A DNA stretch of 47,946 bases from a virus (Duplodnaviria > Caudoviricetes): the IMG/VR virus record IMGVR_UViG_3300037424_001312, positions 1-47,946 of that record, one strand, 5' to 3'. Positions 1 to 9,018 of this stretch are shown here, piece by piece. A program made the position numbers and the translations under genes. The notes beneath the pieces were generated by a model. That model was not told the origin of the DNA. It did no database searches and saw only the letters and a program-made list of their open reading frames with translations. Each line of letters opens with the position of its first letter. The first letter of the stretch is position 1.

Positions 1-1733
1 GAGCGTAGAGCGTCCGCGGTCATGCCCGAGTAAAGGCCCAGGAGTCCGGGCTGTGGGGCGGCGAGCATGCCGTGACTGATTTGTACCGTGGTCCGGAACT
101 GCTTCTTCCCCATGGGGTCGATGCCACAACTGTGGTTGATGGCCTCGATATGGTAGACATTCTCCTCGTACTCCAGGTTGTCGCCGACACAGATGGGGGC
201 CTGGATGCCAATCATCTCCAGGGTGCCGTTCAGGGTCAGGTGTTGGCCCATGAGGATGTCCGAGAGCACGTCCATCCACTTCTCGGGGCCGCCCAAGCGG
301 ACATCCCTTTCATGACACGCCACGGTCATGCTGTAGTTTTTCAGGCCCGAGCGGGCAATGTCCAGGTCATCTCGCCGCGGAGGCCAGCGGACCACCTGAC
401 CGTTATACATGTTGTTCTTCACGGGGCCCATGTCCCCGTAGACATGCACGAAGTTGATCCGCAGGGCGTCAGCTCGGCCGAGGTCTTCACCGGTCATCAG
501 TGCGGGATGAATGACCCAGCGGGGAAGACTCAGGTGCTTGGTGAGCGGCACCGTGGCGGTAGCCATCTCGGTACTGAAGGGGAGCTGTCTGACTACAAGA
601 GTAGGCACAACCTCACCGCGAGGGTTTACCCGGAGGCAGGTGTACATCTCGTTCACGGCCGGATTCAGGTACTGGTTGAGGATGGACCAGACCGTCTTAC
701 CCTTGAACTGGGGTGGCGTCGGCAGGAAGGTTCCCATCATGGGAATCTGGGTGTAGCGGCGACTCCCCGCGTACTGAGTGCGGTCTGGATTGAAGAGCAG
801 GCCCAGGGGGTTGTCTGTGGTCTCCTCCGAAAGAGCCAGAGGGGACACATCGCCGTAATCGGAGTACTGCTGGACCCCGTAGACCATCTCCAGCACATCG
901 GCAGCGGTGAAGAGGCCGCCAGCCTTGCTGGTCTGGGTCTTGCCTAGTAGTTGAGGCACGATGTCCGGGAGAATGTAGGAGTGTGCGGCCTCCAGGCCGG
1001 TCGTGTTCCTGAGGCCGTCGATGTCCGGGAGCCCAAGGTTTCGGTTGACACCACGGCCCAAGAACAGGTCCAGTAGAAATGGCATGACCTTGTGGACGCT
1101 GATTCCGAGTCCGTGTTCGGCCACGAACTTGTTCAGGACGCCACCCAGGCGGGCCCAGTACTGACCAATGGCGGGAATCCGCTCCTGGAGATGTTCCTCG
1201 TAGAAGAGACTGGCGTCGAACTCCTGGAAGCCGGCGGCATTCAGCTGGTAATAGCTGGTCCTCATTCCCGTGTTCGGGTCCTGGCTGGTCTTCTTCCTGG
1301 GGCTGCCGGCCCGGCCGACGAACTTCAAGCCGTCGTCAAAGCCGTTACAGGGCTCGCCGCGGTCAATGCGGTCGATGACCGACCTGGCCTTTTCCTCGCT
1401 GTTCACAATCCAAGCCATCACCCAGTCACCGGGCGTGATTTCCGCGACCCAATTCAGGGCCGGATCCGGAAGCAGGCGAGCCGCCATGGTCAGCAGATGG
1501 GAGTTCTTGTTCTGGCTGATGGTCAAGGCCGTACAGGCCATATTGCTGATAATGAGGGGCTTGCCCCGGATTCTGACCGCTTCCTGGTAGAGGCCCGTGA
1601 AGCTACCCCCCAAGGCCCGGCTGTAGGTCAGCGGGTGCAGGAACCGGAAGACGGTGATGACCCAGTAGGGGTTCGTGGTAATAACATCCCCGCTGGGGCC
1701 GTGCTCGTCGATGACATGGTAGCGGCTTGGCAT
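1..1733 (-). CDS. Baseplate hub / distal tail protein-like, 3' end runs off the window (not in the ORF track)
   Basis: ATG at 1733 overlaps the tape-measure stop (TAATG). The frame MPSRYHVIDEHGPSGDVITTNPYW... reads open to position 1. C-terminal ...LNGTLEMIGIQAPICVGDNLEYEENVYHIEAINHS... resembles hub/gpD-type C-termini, and the gene sits right after the tape measure gene. Confidence 0.65.
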   Translation of the reverse strand, partial: MPSRYHVIDEHGPSGDVITTNPYWVITVFRFLHPLTYSRALGGSFTGLYQEAVRIRGKPLIISNMACTALTISQNKNSHLLTMAARLLPDPALNWVAEITPGDWVMAWIVNSEEKARSVIDRIDRGEPCNGFDDGLKFVGRAGSPRKKTSQDPNTGMRTSYYQLNAAGFQEFDASLFYEEHLQERIPAIGQYWARLGGVLNKFVAEHGLGISVHKVMPFLLDLFLGRGVNRNLGLPDIDGLRNTTGLEAAHSYILPDIVPQLLGKTQTSKAGGLFTAADVLEMVYGVQQYSDYGDVSPLALSEETTDNPLGLLFNPDRTQYAGSRRYTQIPMMGTFLPTPPQFKGKTVWSILNQYLNPAVNEMYTCLRVNPRGEVVPTLVVRQLPFSTEMATATVPLTKHLSLPRWVIHPALMTGEDLGRADALRINFVHVYGDMGPVKNNMYNGQVVRWPPRRDDLDIARSGLKNYSMTVACHERDVRLGGPEKWMDVLSDILMGQHLTLNGTLEMIGIQAPICVGDNLEYEENVYHIEAINHSCGIDPMGKKQFRTTVQISHGMLAAPQPGLLGLYSGMTADALR

Positions 1734-4171
1734 TATCGACCGCCCACCGGCATCGTTCGACGGGGATCATTCATTCTCACTGTGGAACTCGTCGGCTTGG
1801 GTTTTGGGGCCGTGAGTTGGTGCAACAGCGCATTCTCGGCCTCGGTCAAGTCACCCCCACCCAGGCGGGCCCGGTTGACTAGGAACGCAGCCGTGAGCTT
1901 GTTCATGGCCTCAATCATGTCCCCGGCCGACTTGTCCATGTTACCGGATATAGAGCCCATGTCCTTAAAGGCAGCGGCCTGGCCCACCCCGGCAGCCGCG
2001 ATGGTATCGCCCATGCTCTTGATGGTAGTCTCTAGGCCTTCTTGGATTTCGCCGAGCCCCTTCACGAAGTCTTTTTCGGCTCCGGAGAGGGCGCCACCGA
2101 TTTTCCCGCCGGTGAGTTTGCTCCCCATACCGGACAGCGTGCCCACGAGACCCAGGCCGGCTTCCTCGCCTTGACCAGTCAGTTCCCCATAAGCAGCACC
2201 CAGGGCCCGGATGTCGCCAGTCTTCCCCTTCTTGCGGAGCCCCTGGAGGTATTCAGGCATGTCTTGGCCGCTGGCCCGGAAGGCCTCGATGGCCTTCTGC
2301 ATGGGGTCCGCTTTCCCATGGCTCACGTACCGGTCCAGGACCGAAGACATGGAATCACCGAGTTGGCCCCGGACCTGCTCCCTGGTGATTCCATGAGCCT
2401 CCGCGGTGGCTGTGAGCTTGCCACCGGCAGCCATATCCAGCATCTGCGGCATGTTCATGCCGTTGGCTAGGTAATCCTGTGCGTACGTGCTGGCGCCGGG
2501 CATGCGGCCCATAGCCGCTACCAGGTTGCGGCCCTGCTGGTAAGGGTCCAGGCCGCCGGTCGTGACACTGGAACCCATCTGGAGGCCGGCTAGCGCCCGC
2601 TGGACCTGGTTGAAGTCTCCGGCCCCGCCCTGAAAGCCCATGCCGCCCTGGATTGCGGCCATGGTACCCAGACCCGAGGTCGTCCCCATGGGGTCAAAGC
2701 CCTGACCGAAAACACCCTGGCCCAGCATGATGCCGGCGCCCTTGGCGACGCCACCACCCAAGGCCCCGAAGGCACCTTCCTGGCCGGCGCCCCGTCGCTG
2801 GGCCATGCCGGCCATGGGCCCGAACCCGCCATAGCCTTGCGCACTGGCTGCCATGGCCGTGTAGCCCATCCGGGCCCCCTCGGGGCCTGCCATGCTGCGC
2901 ATCTGCGCCACCGAGGAAGCGTACTCGCCGAGGCTGTAGCCCTGGCCCCGGAGCTTGGCTTCCAGGTCACCGGTCTGGCTGGTCCATTTGCCGGTCTTGG
3001 GGTCCAAGCCTAGCCCCCCGGTACCCAGCATCCTCATGGCACTGACCCGCTCTCCCATTCCGCCGGAAAACCGCTGGAGGGCCATCTGCTGGGGGATGGT
3101 CATGGCCTCACGGGCTGTGGTCACGGCCCCGAGGGCGCTCTTCATTTTAGCGTTTTCGAGGCCTTCCGGGGTAAGACCGCCCAGCGGCCCGCCGGGGGCG
3201 TTCGCGTTGCCGACCGCGCCGCCCGTGAAGGTGCCGGCCAGGTTGCCGACAGAGCCCATGATGCCGCCGGCCGCCGCATTGAAAGACCTGAGGCTCTGGA
3301 GATCGAGGCTACCGTTTCGGGCCGCGCGCTGCATGGCGATGGTCCAACTAAGGTCACCGCCGGCAATGCCGGACATCATGGGAGAGAACATCTTGTTGCG
3401 TTGCGCCTGGAAGGCCTGCGGGCCCATAAGCACAGACTCCAGGCTGTTGCCCACCGCGGCCCCGGCGCCCACCGTAGCCAGGGCGGCGCCACCGACTCGG
3501 CCCGCGGCCGTCACCCACTGGGGGCGACCCGGGGGTCCACCCTGGCCCCGGAAGTAGGCGCCCATGCGGGCCCCGAAACCGGGCGGCTGAGCCCCGCCAC
3601 CTCCTGCCTCAGGCCAGGGGACCTCGGGCATCAGCTCGCCCCGGGGGCTCATGGCCTCCAGCTCCTGGAGGGCAGACCGTCGCTTCTCCAGGCGGCCACT
3701 GACCGTGGCCGCTCGGCTCTGGATCCGTTCCCCGGTGGGAGTGCCGGCGAAGCGTCTGTAGCTCCCCTCCAGGCTATCCAGGGCTGCCTTTAGCTTCTGG
3801 ACCTCGGACCGCTGCTCCCCAATGGCCTTCTTGAGGGCATCGGTCATCACCTGGAGGCTGGACTTGCTCCCGTCAGCGATTCCCTTGAAGAGATTCTTCT
3901 GGTCCAGGAGGTTCTGGACCAGCTGCTGACCACCAACCGGAACCCTGGAAACAGTTTTCTGGTCAGTGCTGCCGCCGGTACTGATGCCAGCAACACCACC
4001 ACGGGCTCCGACCCCGGGGATGCCACCGGTGCCGCCGAAGAACCCCGAACGGCCCGCGGTCTCGTTGAGCTTGGAGAGGTCACTGGCGATGTCGGCGATG
4101 ATGCGCCGCACCTTCTGGACACTGGCTTCGTCGACTACGAGTCGAAATTTCAGCTCTTTAGATTCAGCCAT
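1733..4171 (-). CDS. Tape measure-like tail protein (812 aa)
   Basis: Long Gly/Ala/Met-rich helical protein with N-terminus ELKFRLVVDEASV. Follows two chaperone-sized genes and has a TAATCTT motif upstream. Confidence 0.7.
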   Translation of the reverse strand: MAESKELKFRLVVDEASVQKVRRIIADIASDLSKLNETAGRSGFFGGTGGIPGVGARGGVAGISTGGSTDQKTVSRVPVGGQQLVQNLLDQKNLFKGIADGSKSSLQVMTDALKKAIGEQRSEVQKLKAALDSLEGSYRRFAGTPTGERIQSRAATVSGRLEKRRSALQELEAMSPRGELMPEVPWPEAGGGGAQPPGFGARMGAYFRGQGGPPGRPQWVTAAGRVGGAALATVGAGAAVGNSLESVLMGPQAFQAQRNKMFSPMMSGIAGGDLSWTIAMQRAARNGSLDLQSLRSFNAAAGGIMGSVGNLAGTFTGGAVGNANAPGGPLGGLTPEGLENAKMKSALGAVTTAREAMTIPQQMALQRFSGGMGERVSAMRMLGTGGLGLDPKTGKWTSQTGDLEAKLRGQGYSLGEYASSVAQMRSMAGPEGARMGYTAMAASAQGYGGFGPMAGMAQRRGAGQEGAFGALGGGVAKGAGIMLGQGVFGQGFDPMGTTSGLGTMAAIQGGMGFQGGAGDFNQVQRALAGLQMGSSVTTGGLDPYQQGRNLVAAMGRMPGASTYAQDYLANGMNMPQMLDMAAGGKLTATAEAHGITREQVRGQLGDSMSSVLDRYVSHGKADPMQKAIEAFRASGQDMPEYLQGLRKKGKTGDIRALGAAYGELTGQGEEAGLGLVGTLSGMGSKLTGGKIGGALSGAEKDFVKGLGEIQEGLETTIKSMGDTIAAAGVGQAAAFKDMGSISGNMDKSAGDMIEAMNKLTAAFLVNRARLGGGDLTEAENALLHQLTAPKPKPTSSTVRMNDPRRTMPVGGR

Positions 4172-4197
4172 GAGTACCTACCGGATCCCGGAGAAGA

Positions 4198-4728
4198 TTA
4201 CCCTTTCGGAGGCGACAGGGAACTGAGGGCGTTGGCTGCCTCAGCCTCGGCTTCAAGCTCGGCGTCATCCACGAAGGTAATGGAGACGTCTGGCGGCAGG
4301 TCAGTGACCAGAGGGGCGGCCGGCAGGTCTGCTTCCGGTAGCGGCCCCTGGTTGAGCCTGGGGATGACGGCAATCTGCTTCTCGGCCTGGGCCTTGCGCC
4401 TACGCTCCAGCTCCTCAGCGGCCATCAGCTGGCCCAGGGTGTACATCTCGGCCTCCTCGGCTTCCTCGCGGAGAAGCTCGTCGAAGCTCTCTTCCGGGGT
4501 CTTCAGGAGCTGGCGTCGTTCCTCGGCCCGTTCCTCGGCGGACATCTGCTCGTAGTGGGTCTCGTAGTAGGCCTGGAGGACTTCGTCTATCGGGAGGTCA
4601 GACACTTCTGGGAGGGGGACGTAGAAGGTCTGGCTGTACCAGCGGTGGACCTGCCGAAGACGATACTCGTAATCCGGGCGCAGTACCGCCACCAGGGCCT
4701 GGAGCTGGGTCGCCCGAAAGGCGTCCAC
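4198..4728 (-). CDS. Putative tail assembly chaperone (second)
   Basis: Acidic 176 aa protein immediately upstream of the tape measure-like gene. Call rests mainly on synteny. Confidence 0.45.
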   Translation of the reverse strand: MDAFRATQLQALVAVLRPDYEYRLRQVHRWYSQTFYVPLPEVSDLPIDEVLQAYYETHYEQMSAEERAEERRQLLKTPEESFDELLREEAEEAEMYTLGQLMAAEELERRRKAQAEKQIAVIPRLNQGPLPEADLPAAPLVTDLPPDVSITFVDDAELEAEAEAANALSSLSPPKG

Positions 4729-4732
4729 GGGA

Positions 4733-5116
4733 CTACTCCGTCTTCTTCAGTTCGGCTTCAGCTTCCTCGCCGGCCTTCTTGGTCTCTTCCTGGGCAGACA
4801 CGACTTCCTGCATGGCCCGGCTGTAGACCTCAGCAATCAGGTTGTCGTCTTCGAGACCGAGGCCGTTCTCGGCCTTCTCCCACCACTGCGGGGTCTCCAG
4901 GAGACGGACCCAGAGGAAGGAGAAGATATCGGCCACGTTCACGGCCCGTCGGTCGGCTCCATTGGGGTTCGAGCCCAGGAGCTGGCGCCGGAGTTCGTCC
5001 TGCCGAAGGTCCTCGCGGAAGCTGCGGTGCAGCTTGACCTTGAAGACCCCCTTCCAGGGGATGCCGGTGCTCTCGCCGACGATATCGATGCTGAACTTTG
5101 CGTCGTTCCGCTTCAT
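4733..5116 (-). CDS. Putative tail assembly chaperone
   Basis: 127 aa with GVFKVK...LLETPQWW...DDNLIAEVY pattern, like myovirus chaperones. CAATCTA late motif at 5175-5181. Confidence 0.55.
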   Translation of the reverse strand: MKRNDAKFSIDIVGESTGIPWKGVFKVKLHRSFREDLRQDELRRQLLGSNPNGADRRAVNVADIFSFLWVRLLETPQWWEKAENGLGLEDDNLIAEVYSRAMQEVVSAQEETKKAGEEAEAELKKTE

Positions 5117-5208
5117 GGGTGCCTCTATGGGGTGTGGGAAGCTGTGGGTGACCGTAAAATCTGCCCACGGGGACTAGATTGTGTTCGGATTCTACGTTAT
5201 AGGAGGGT

Positions 5209-5541
5209 ATGGGTAAGAAGACGAAGCTCCCCGCAGAGCCTAAGCTAAAGCTGGACCAGAAGACCGTCAACCTCCTCCGGTACCTGGACATCCTCACTTT
5301 CGAGGATCGCGGGGGTTGGTCGCCCATCGAGCTGAAGTCCGTCATGGAGGAAATAGAGAACATCCAGAGTATGATCACCGAACGGATTTTCTGGCAGTTC
5401 CAGAATCAGTTCTCCCGGTCGCATTTCGACTGGGGCGGGCTCAAAACGCAGTCCAGGCTCCCGGATCTGATGCCCAAGGAAGCCCAGTTCGAGGCCCGGC
5501 GGTACGAGAGCATGACCGGGGTGGATACTTTACTTGATTAA
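5209..5541 (+). CDS. Hypothetical protein
   Basis: 110 aa ORF preceded by CGTTATAGGAGGGT (class II motif plus SD-like GGAGG). Confidence 0.7.
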   Translation: MGKKTKLPAEPKLKLDQKTVNLLRYLDILTFEDRGGWSPIELKSVMEEIENIQSMITERIFWQFQNQFSRSHFDWGGLKTQSRLPDLMPKEAQFEARRYESMTGVDTLLD

Positions 5542-5710
5542 CGAAGATGACATCCAGCCCTGCCTCCGGGAAGCCGTGGAGCAGGTCTGCCGCTTCATCG
5601 AGCGCCACCACTGGCACCCGGGTAACATCAAGGGCGCCATCGACCCCGGGAGGGTCGTGAAGACTATCCGGGAAAACATCGATGTCATCCTCAAGGAAAA
5701 GGGGAAGTGA
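5534..5710 (+). CDS. Small hypothetical protein (58 aa, TTG start, below track cutoff)
   Basis: Reads MINEDDIQPCLREAVEQVCRFIERHHW...LKEKGK*. Overlaps both neighbours (TGATG coupling with the HD gene). Confidence 0.55.
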   Translation: MINEDDIQPCLREAVEQVCRFIERHHWHPGNIKGAIDPGRVVKTIRENIDVILKEKGK

Positions 5711-6221
5711 TGGAACTCAGAGACCGAGTCGAGTTCGCCCGCCGCTTCGCGCACGCCCTCCATAGCGACCGCGGGCAGATGTACGGAGACGAGCCCTACA
5801 GCCGGCACCTGGAGGATGTCGTGAAGACCTCCTGGAGTTCGACGTCCTGGACAAGGACACCCTGGCAGCCGGGTACCTACACGACGCCGTTGAGGACACC
5901 GGGGTCGGTCTGGATGTCATCGTCTCTCTGTTTGGGGACAAGGTCGCCAAGCTGGTCTCCGCGGTGACCGACGAGCCAGGCGAGAACCGGAAAGCTAGGA
6001 AGGCCGCCACCTACCGGAAAATCAAGACTGCCGGCCCGGCAGCTGTGGCCCTGAAGTTGGCCGACCGCATCGCCAACGTGGAGAACAGCGTTCGGACCGG
6101 GAACGTGCAGATGCAGAAGATGTATGCCAAGGAGTACGAGGAGTTCAGCCACGCCCTCCGGACCCTGGGGGAACTGGAAAAGATGTGGGGCCACCTCCAG
6201 GCCCTTCTGAAACCCTGTTGA
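5710..6221 (+). pseudogene. RelA/SpoT-type HD hydrolase (Mesh1/small alarmone hydrolase-like), frameshifted at about 5829
   Basis: First frame gives ...AHALHSDRGQMYGDEPYSRHLEDVVKT. Adding one C (AAGACC[C]TCCTGG) continues LLEFDVLDKDTLAAGYLHDAVEDT...VTDE...LKLADRIANVEN. The PYxxH, LHDxxED and KLADR motifs are present. Confidence 0.8.
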
Positions 6222-6246
6222 CATCGACTCCGGAGCCTGCTATACC
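6218..6246 (+). promoter_or_regulatory. Sigma70-like early promoter, probably leaderless
   Basis: TTGACA-17 nt (ending TGC)-TATACC, with ATG 6 nt downstream at 6253. Confidence 0.65.
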
Positions 6247-6252
6247 GGGACC

Positions 6253-7176
6253 ATGAACGAGACCAACACGGTTCCTGAGTCGGCCACCAAGTCCTACCTG
6301 GTTCCCTGCGAGCGCCTCCCTGAGCTTACCCGTCGGCTGGACAAGTTGGTCCGCCGCTCGGGTAAACTCGGTGTCGCCCCCATCAGCTACGCCCTGGGCG
6401 ACATCGTGAATGTGCCCTACGAGCGCCGCTACCAGGACAGCCCCCGGCGCCTGAATGCTGAGGACAAGGCGGCGATCGACAGCGCCGCGGGCCGGGGCAC
6501 TTTCTTTTTCATCCCCTACCAGAACGTCCAGGTCACCGGCACCACGCCCCGACTGGCTGGCTGGGCCTTCGTGGCCACCCTCCAGCACCTGACCGATGAC
6601 AGGGGCGAGACCATCAACATGCTGCGCACCGTCCCCACCTTCAAGGGCGAGATGCCGGCCCAGTTCCGGACCGCGACCCCGGAGAACTGCGACCACTGCG
6701 GCAAGCACATCCGTACCCGCAAGGACACCTTCGTGGTTGTCCACGAGGACGGCACCTGGAAGCAGGTCGGCCGCAACTGCACTCAGGACTTCTTGGGCGG
6801 CGTCGACCCCCAGGCCGTGGCCAGCGCCCTGGAGTGCCTGCTCCAGGCGGGGTCGGCGTGCTCGGACGAGGAAGGCTTCACGGCCGGGTGCAGCGGCGAC
6901 GCGGCCCTGTACTCGATGACCGCCTTCTTGACCACGGTGGCCATGTTCGTGCGCTCCGAGGGCTGGGTGAGCCGCGGCAAGTCCCGGGCCACCGATGGCC
7001 AACTGTCGGCGACCGCGGACAACGTGCTGTCCTACCTGGGGCCGCCGCCGAAAGACGGCAAGTACCGTGCGGAATGGGAGAAGTGGGTAGCCGCCCACCC
7101 CGTCACCGACGAGGACCGGGAAACGGCACGAAAGGCCTTGGAGTTCGGACTCGAAAACCTTGTTTCCAGGCTTTAA
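6253..7176 (+). CDS. Conserved phage protein, N-terminal part of a split gene (CDHC...C Zn-binding motif)
   Basis: NCDHCGKHIRTRKDTFVV...KQVGRNCTQDFLG. Ends abruptly where the antisense endonuclease stop overlaps. Confidence 0.7.
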   Translation: MNETNTVPESATKSYLVPCERLPELTRRLDKLVRRSGKLGVAPISYALGDIVNVPYERRYQDSPRRLNAEDKAAIDSAAGRGTFFFIPYQNVQVTGTTPRLAGWAFVATLQHLTDDRGETINMLRTVPTFKGEMPAQFRTATPENCDHCGKHIRTRKDTFVVVHEDGTWKQVGRNCTQDFLGGVDPQAVASALECLLQAGSACSDEEGFTAGCSGDAALYSMTAFLTTVAMFVRSEGWVSRGKSRATDGQLSATADNVLSYLGPPPKDGKYRAEWEKWVAAHPVTDEDRETARKALEFGLENLVSRL

Positions 7177-7787
7177 GGAGGGGACCGGTAGAACACATGA
7201 CCGCCCGTCTGTTTCCTTCTACCACACAAGACGGCGTTGATGTTCGCGACATGGAGACCCAGCTGTTCAGCAGCCCTATGCTGAGTTTCGTACCTGTTCC
7301 CGTCCTGATCCCAGATGGGACCGCCTCCATGAGATAGAGAGGCCTTCAGTCTTTCTTCAGGGCGTGACCACCGTTCAGCCTGGCGCAAAAGATGTAGATC
7401 TTTGTAGACTGAATCGCCTCTGAACTTCCGTTTCCTAAATTCTGACAATCTTGCCCGTGTTGCCTTGGAGTGAGTAAACCCCTCATTTCCCTCTCCACCA
7501 TTGGACGCATTGGTCAAAGGAAATCCAAGGTCCTTGAAATATTTGATCCAGAATCTTTCTGCATCGGGGAGCAGCGCCGCCGAATCGAGATCCTGGATCA
7601 CGATGATCCCAAAATTGAAGCCGTCCTTACGAAGCCTCTTGATCCACTTGACCTTGTGTGTCTGTGCCCTAAGGGCGTGCGCTTGACCATGTTGACGGGG
7701 CCTAGCCATTCCACTCGAACTCCTTCCTATGTACCGCAGGAGCCCTGTCCGAGAGCCAACGAGTCCGTAGATCAAGTACTTAGGCAT
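7173..7787 (-). mobile_element. Free-standing GIY-YIG homing endonuclease with NUMOD3/HTH-like DNA-binding modules
   Basis: LIYGL...RYIGRS...R..QH, AERFWI, LTNASNGGEG, HSKATRARLSE, C-terminal YETQHRAAEQLGL...INAVLCGRRKQTGG. Visibly more AT-rich than its flanks. CAATCTT motif 6 nt before the ATG. Confidence 0.85.
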
Positions 7788-7840
7788 AACACCAAGATTG
7801 GGCTTGACTCTACGAGGAAAGTGGCTTAAAGGTAAGAACC

Positions 7841-8344
7841 ATGGAACTGACCGACTACGAATGGAATCTGGCGGTGGCAGTCAGGCAGCCCCTGGTCAGC
7901 AGCAAGCTGGCCGGCATCGTGGCCTCCCTGGTGCCCTACTACCTGCGCGAGGTCGAGCGTCAGGTCGTCCGGGAGGCGGAGCTGAAGAAGGTTGCCGACA
8001 GCCAGTTCGTGGGCCAGGTCGGCGACCGCCTGATAACCAAGGTCACCTGCGCCAAGGTCATCACCGTCGGCGAGAACAGCGAGTGGGGTGTGAGCTACCT
8101 GCACCGGCTCATTGACGACAACGGCAACGCCCTGGTTTGGTTCAGCAGCAACGCGGGAAACAACCTGAACCCCGGCAAGACCGTGACCGTGAAGGGCACC
8201 GTGAAGAAGCACGAGACCCGCAACAACGTCAACCAGACGACCTTGAGCCGCATCTCGGTGCTGACCGATGAGCAGGTAGCCAAGGAGTTGAAGAAGGCCG
8301 AGCGGGCGGCCCTGAAGGCCGCGAAGGCCGCGAAGGCCGCATGA
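7841..8344 (+). CDS. C-terminal part of the split gene (OB-fold-like)
   Basis: ELTDYEWNL...SQFVGQVGDR...GNALVWFSS...VTVKGTVKKHETRNNVNQTTLSR. TTGACT at 7804 upstream. Confidence 0.65.
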   Translation: MELTDYEWNLAVAVRQPLVSSKLAGIVASLVPYYLREVERQVVREAELKKVADSQFVGQVGDRLITKVTCAKVITVGENSEWGVSYLHRLIDDNGNALVWFSSNAGNNLNPGKTVTVKGTVKKHETRNNVNQTTLSRISVLTDEQVAKELKKAERAALKAAKAAKAA

Positions 8345-8384
8345 GCCAACATCCCGGCGCTGGCCGGTGGCAAAAGGAGAGGTG

Positions 8385-8612
8385 ATGGCAAAGAAAAAGC
8401 TGACCCCGAAGCAGCTGGTTCTGGAGTTCTACCCGAATGCCTTCGCCTTCTGCTGGGCTGGACCCCAATGGACCATCTACGCCCAAGACGGGTACGGCAC
8501 CAGCCTGAACCTCGGGGCCGGCAGTGCCAAGCAAGCCTGGGAGCAGGCGGCCGCCGTCCTGGCATTGAAACCCGAAAACAGGCCCTGGTGGCTTTTCTTG
8601 GTGGACCGATGA
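8385..8612 (+). CDS. Hypothetical protein
   Basis: SD AGGAGAGG before ATG 8385, coupled to the next ORF. Confidence 0.6.
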   Translation: MAKKKLTPKQLVLEFYPNAFAFCWAGPQWTIYAQDGYGTSLNLGAGSAKQAWEQAAAVLALKPENRPWWLFLVDR

Positions 8613-8839
8613 AGCCAAAGCGCCTGGATCGCAACGGTATCCCCATCCTGGACACCCCGGAGGAAATCCGGAAGCGCGGCCAGGTCCGTCGCTGTCTCCC
8701 AGACGAGCACCGCTACGAGGAAGTTCCCGGCAGTCGTCAGCTCGACTTTTCCAGGGGCGCCATCGGCCGCCTGGAGTGCAAGTACTGCGGGATGCCCATC
8801 ACCCGGTACGACACCTGGGAGGGGTCTTGGGAGGAATAA
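8609..8839 (+). CDS. Hypothetical Zn-finger-like protein (MKPKRLDRNG...ECKYCG)
   Basis: ATGA overlap start, internal to track ORF 8468..8839. Confidence 0.55.
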   Translation: MKPKRLDRNGIPILDTPEEIRKRGQVRRCLPDEHRYEEVPGSRQLDFSRGAIGRLECKYCGMPITRYDTWEGSWEE

Positions 8840-9018
8840 TGGAAGAAGATGACATCCAGGAGGAGGTCGTCAGCGGGCCCTTCTGTCCCCACTGGGGTGA
8901 CCCGGTCGATTGCCAGGAGCCGTGCGCAGTCTGCGATCACCCGTGCGGCGGCCACGCCAACCTCGACGAGGGGGAATGTCGTCGCCTGAATTGTGGCTGC
9001 TCAGGATTCGAGGACTAG
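8839..9018 (+). CDS. Small Cys-rich protein (MEEDDIQEEV...CGCSGFED)
   Basis: GGAGG SD and TAATG coupling. Many Cys/His residues. Confidence 0.6.
   Translation: MEEDDIQEEVVSGPFCPHWGDPVDCQEPCAVCDHPCGGHANLDEGECRRLNCGCSGFED

Noticed and set aside
4720-4760. Programmed frameshift between the tail chaperones
   Set aside because: No XXXYYYZ slippery site before the TAG, and the second ORF has its own GTG start.
7177-7840. Group I intron or intein in the split gene
   Set aside because: The endonuclease is antisense, only about 53 nt are non-coding, and the first half has an in-frame stop.
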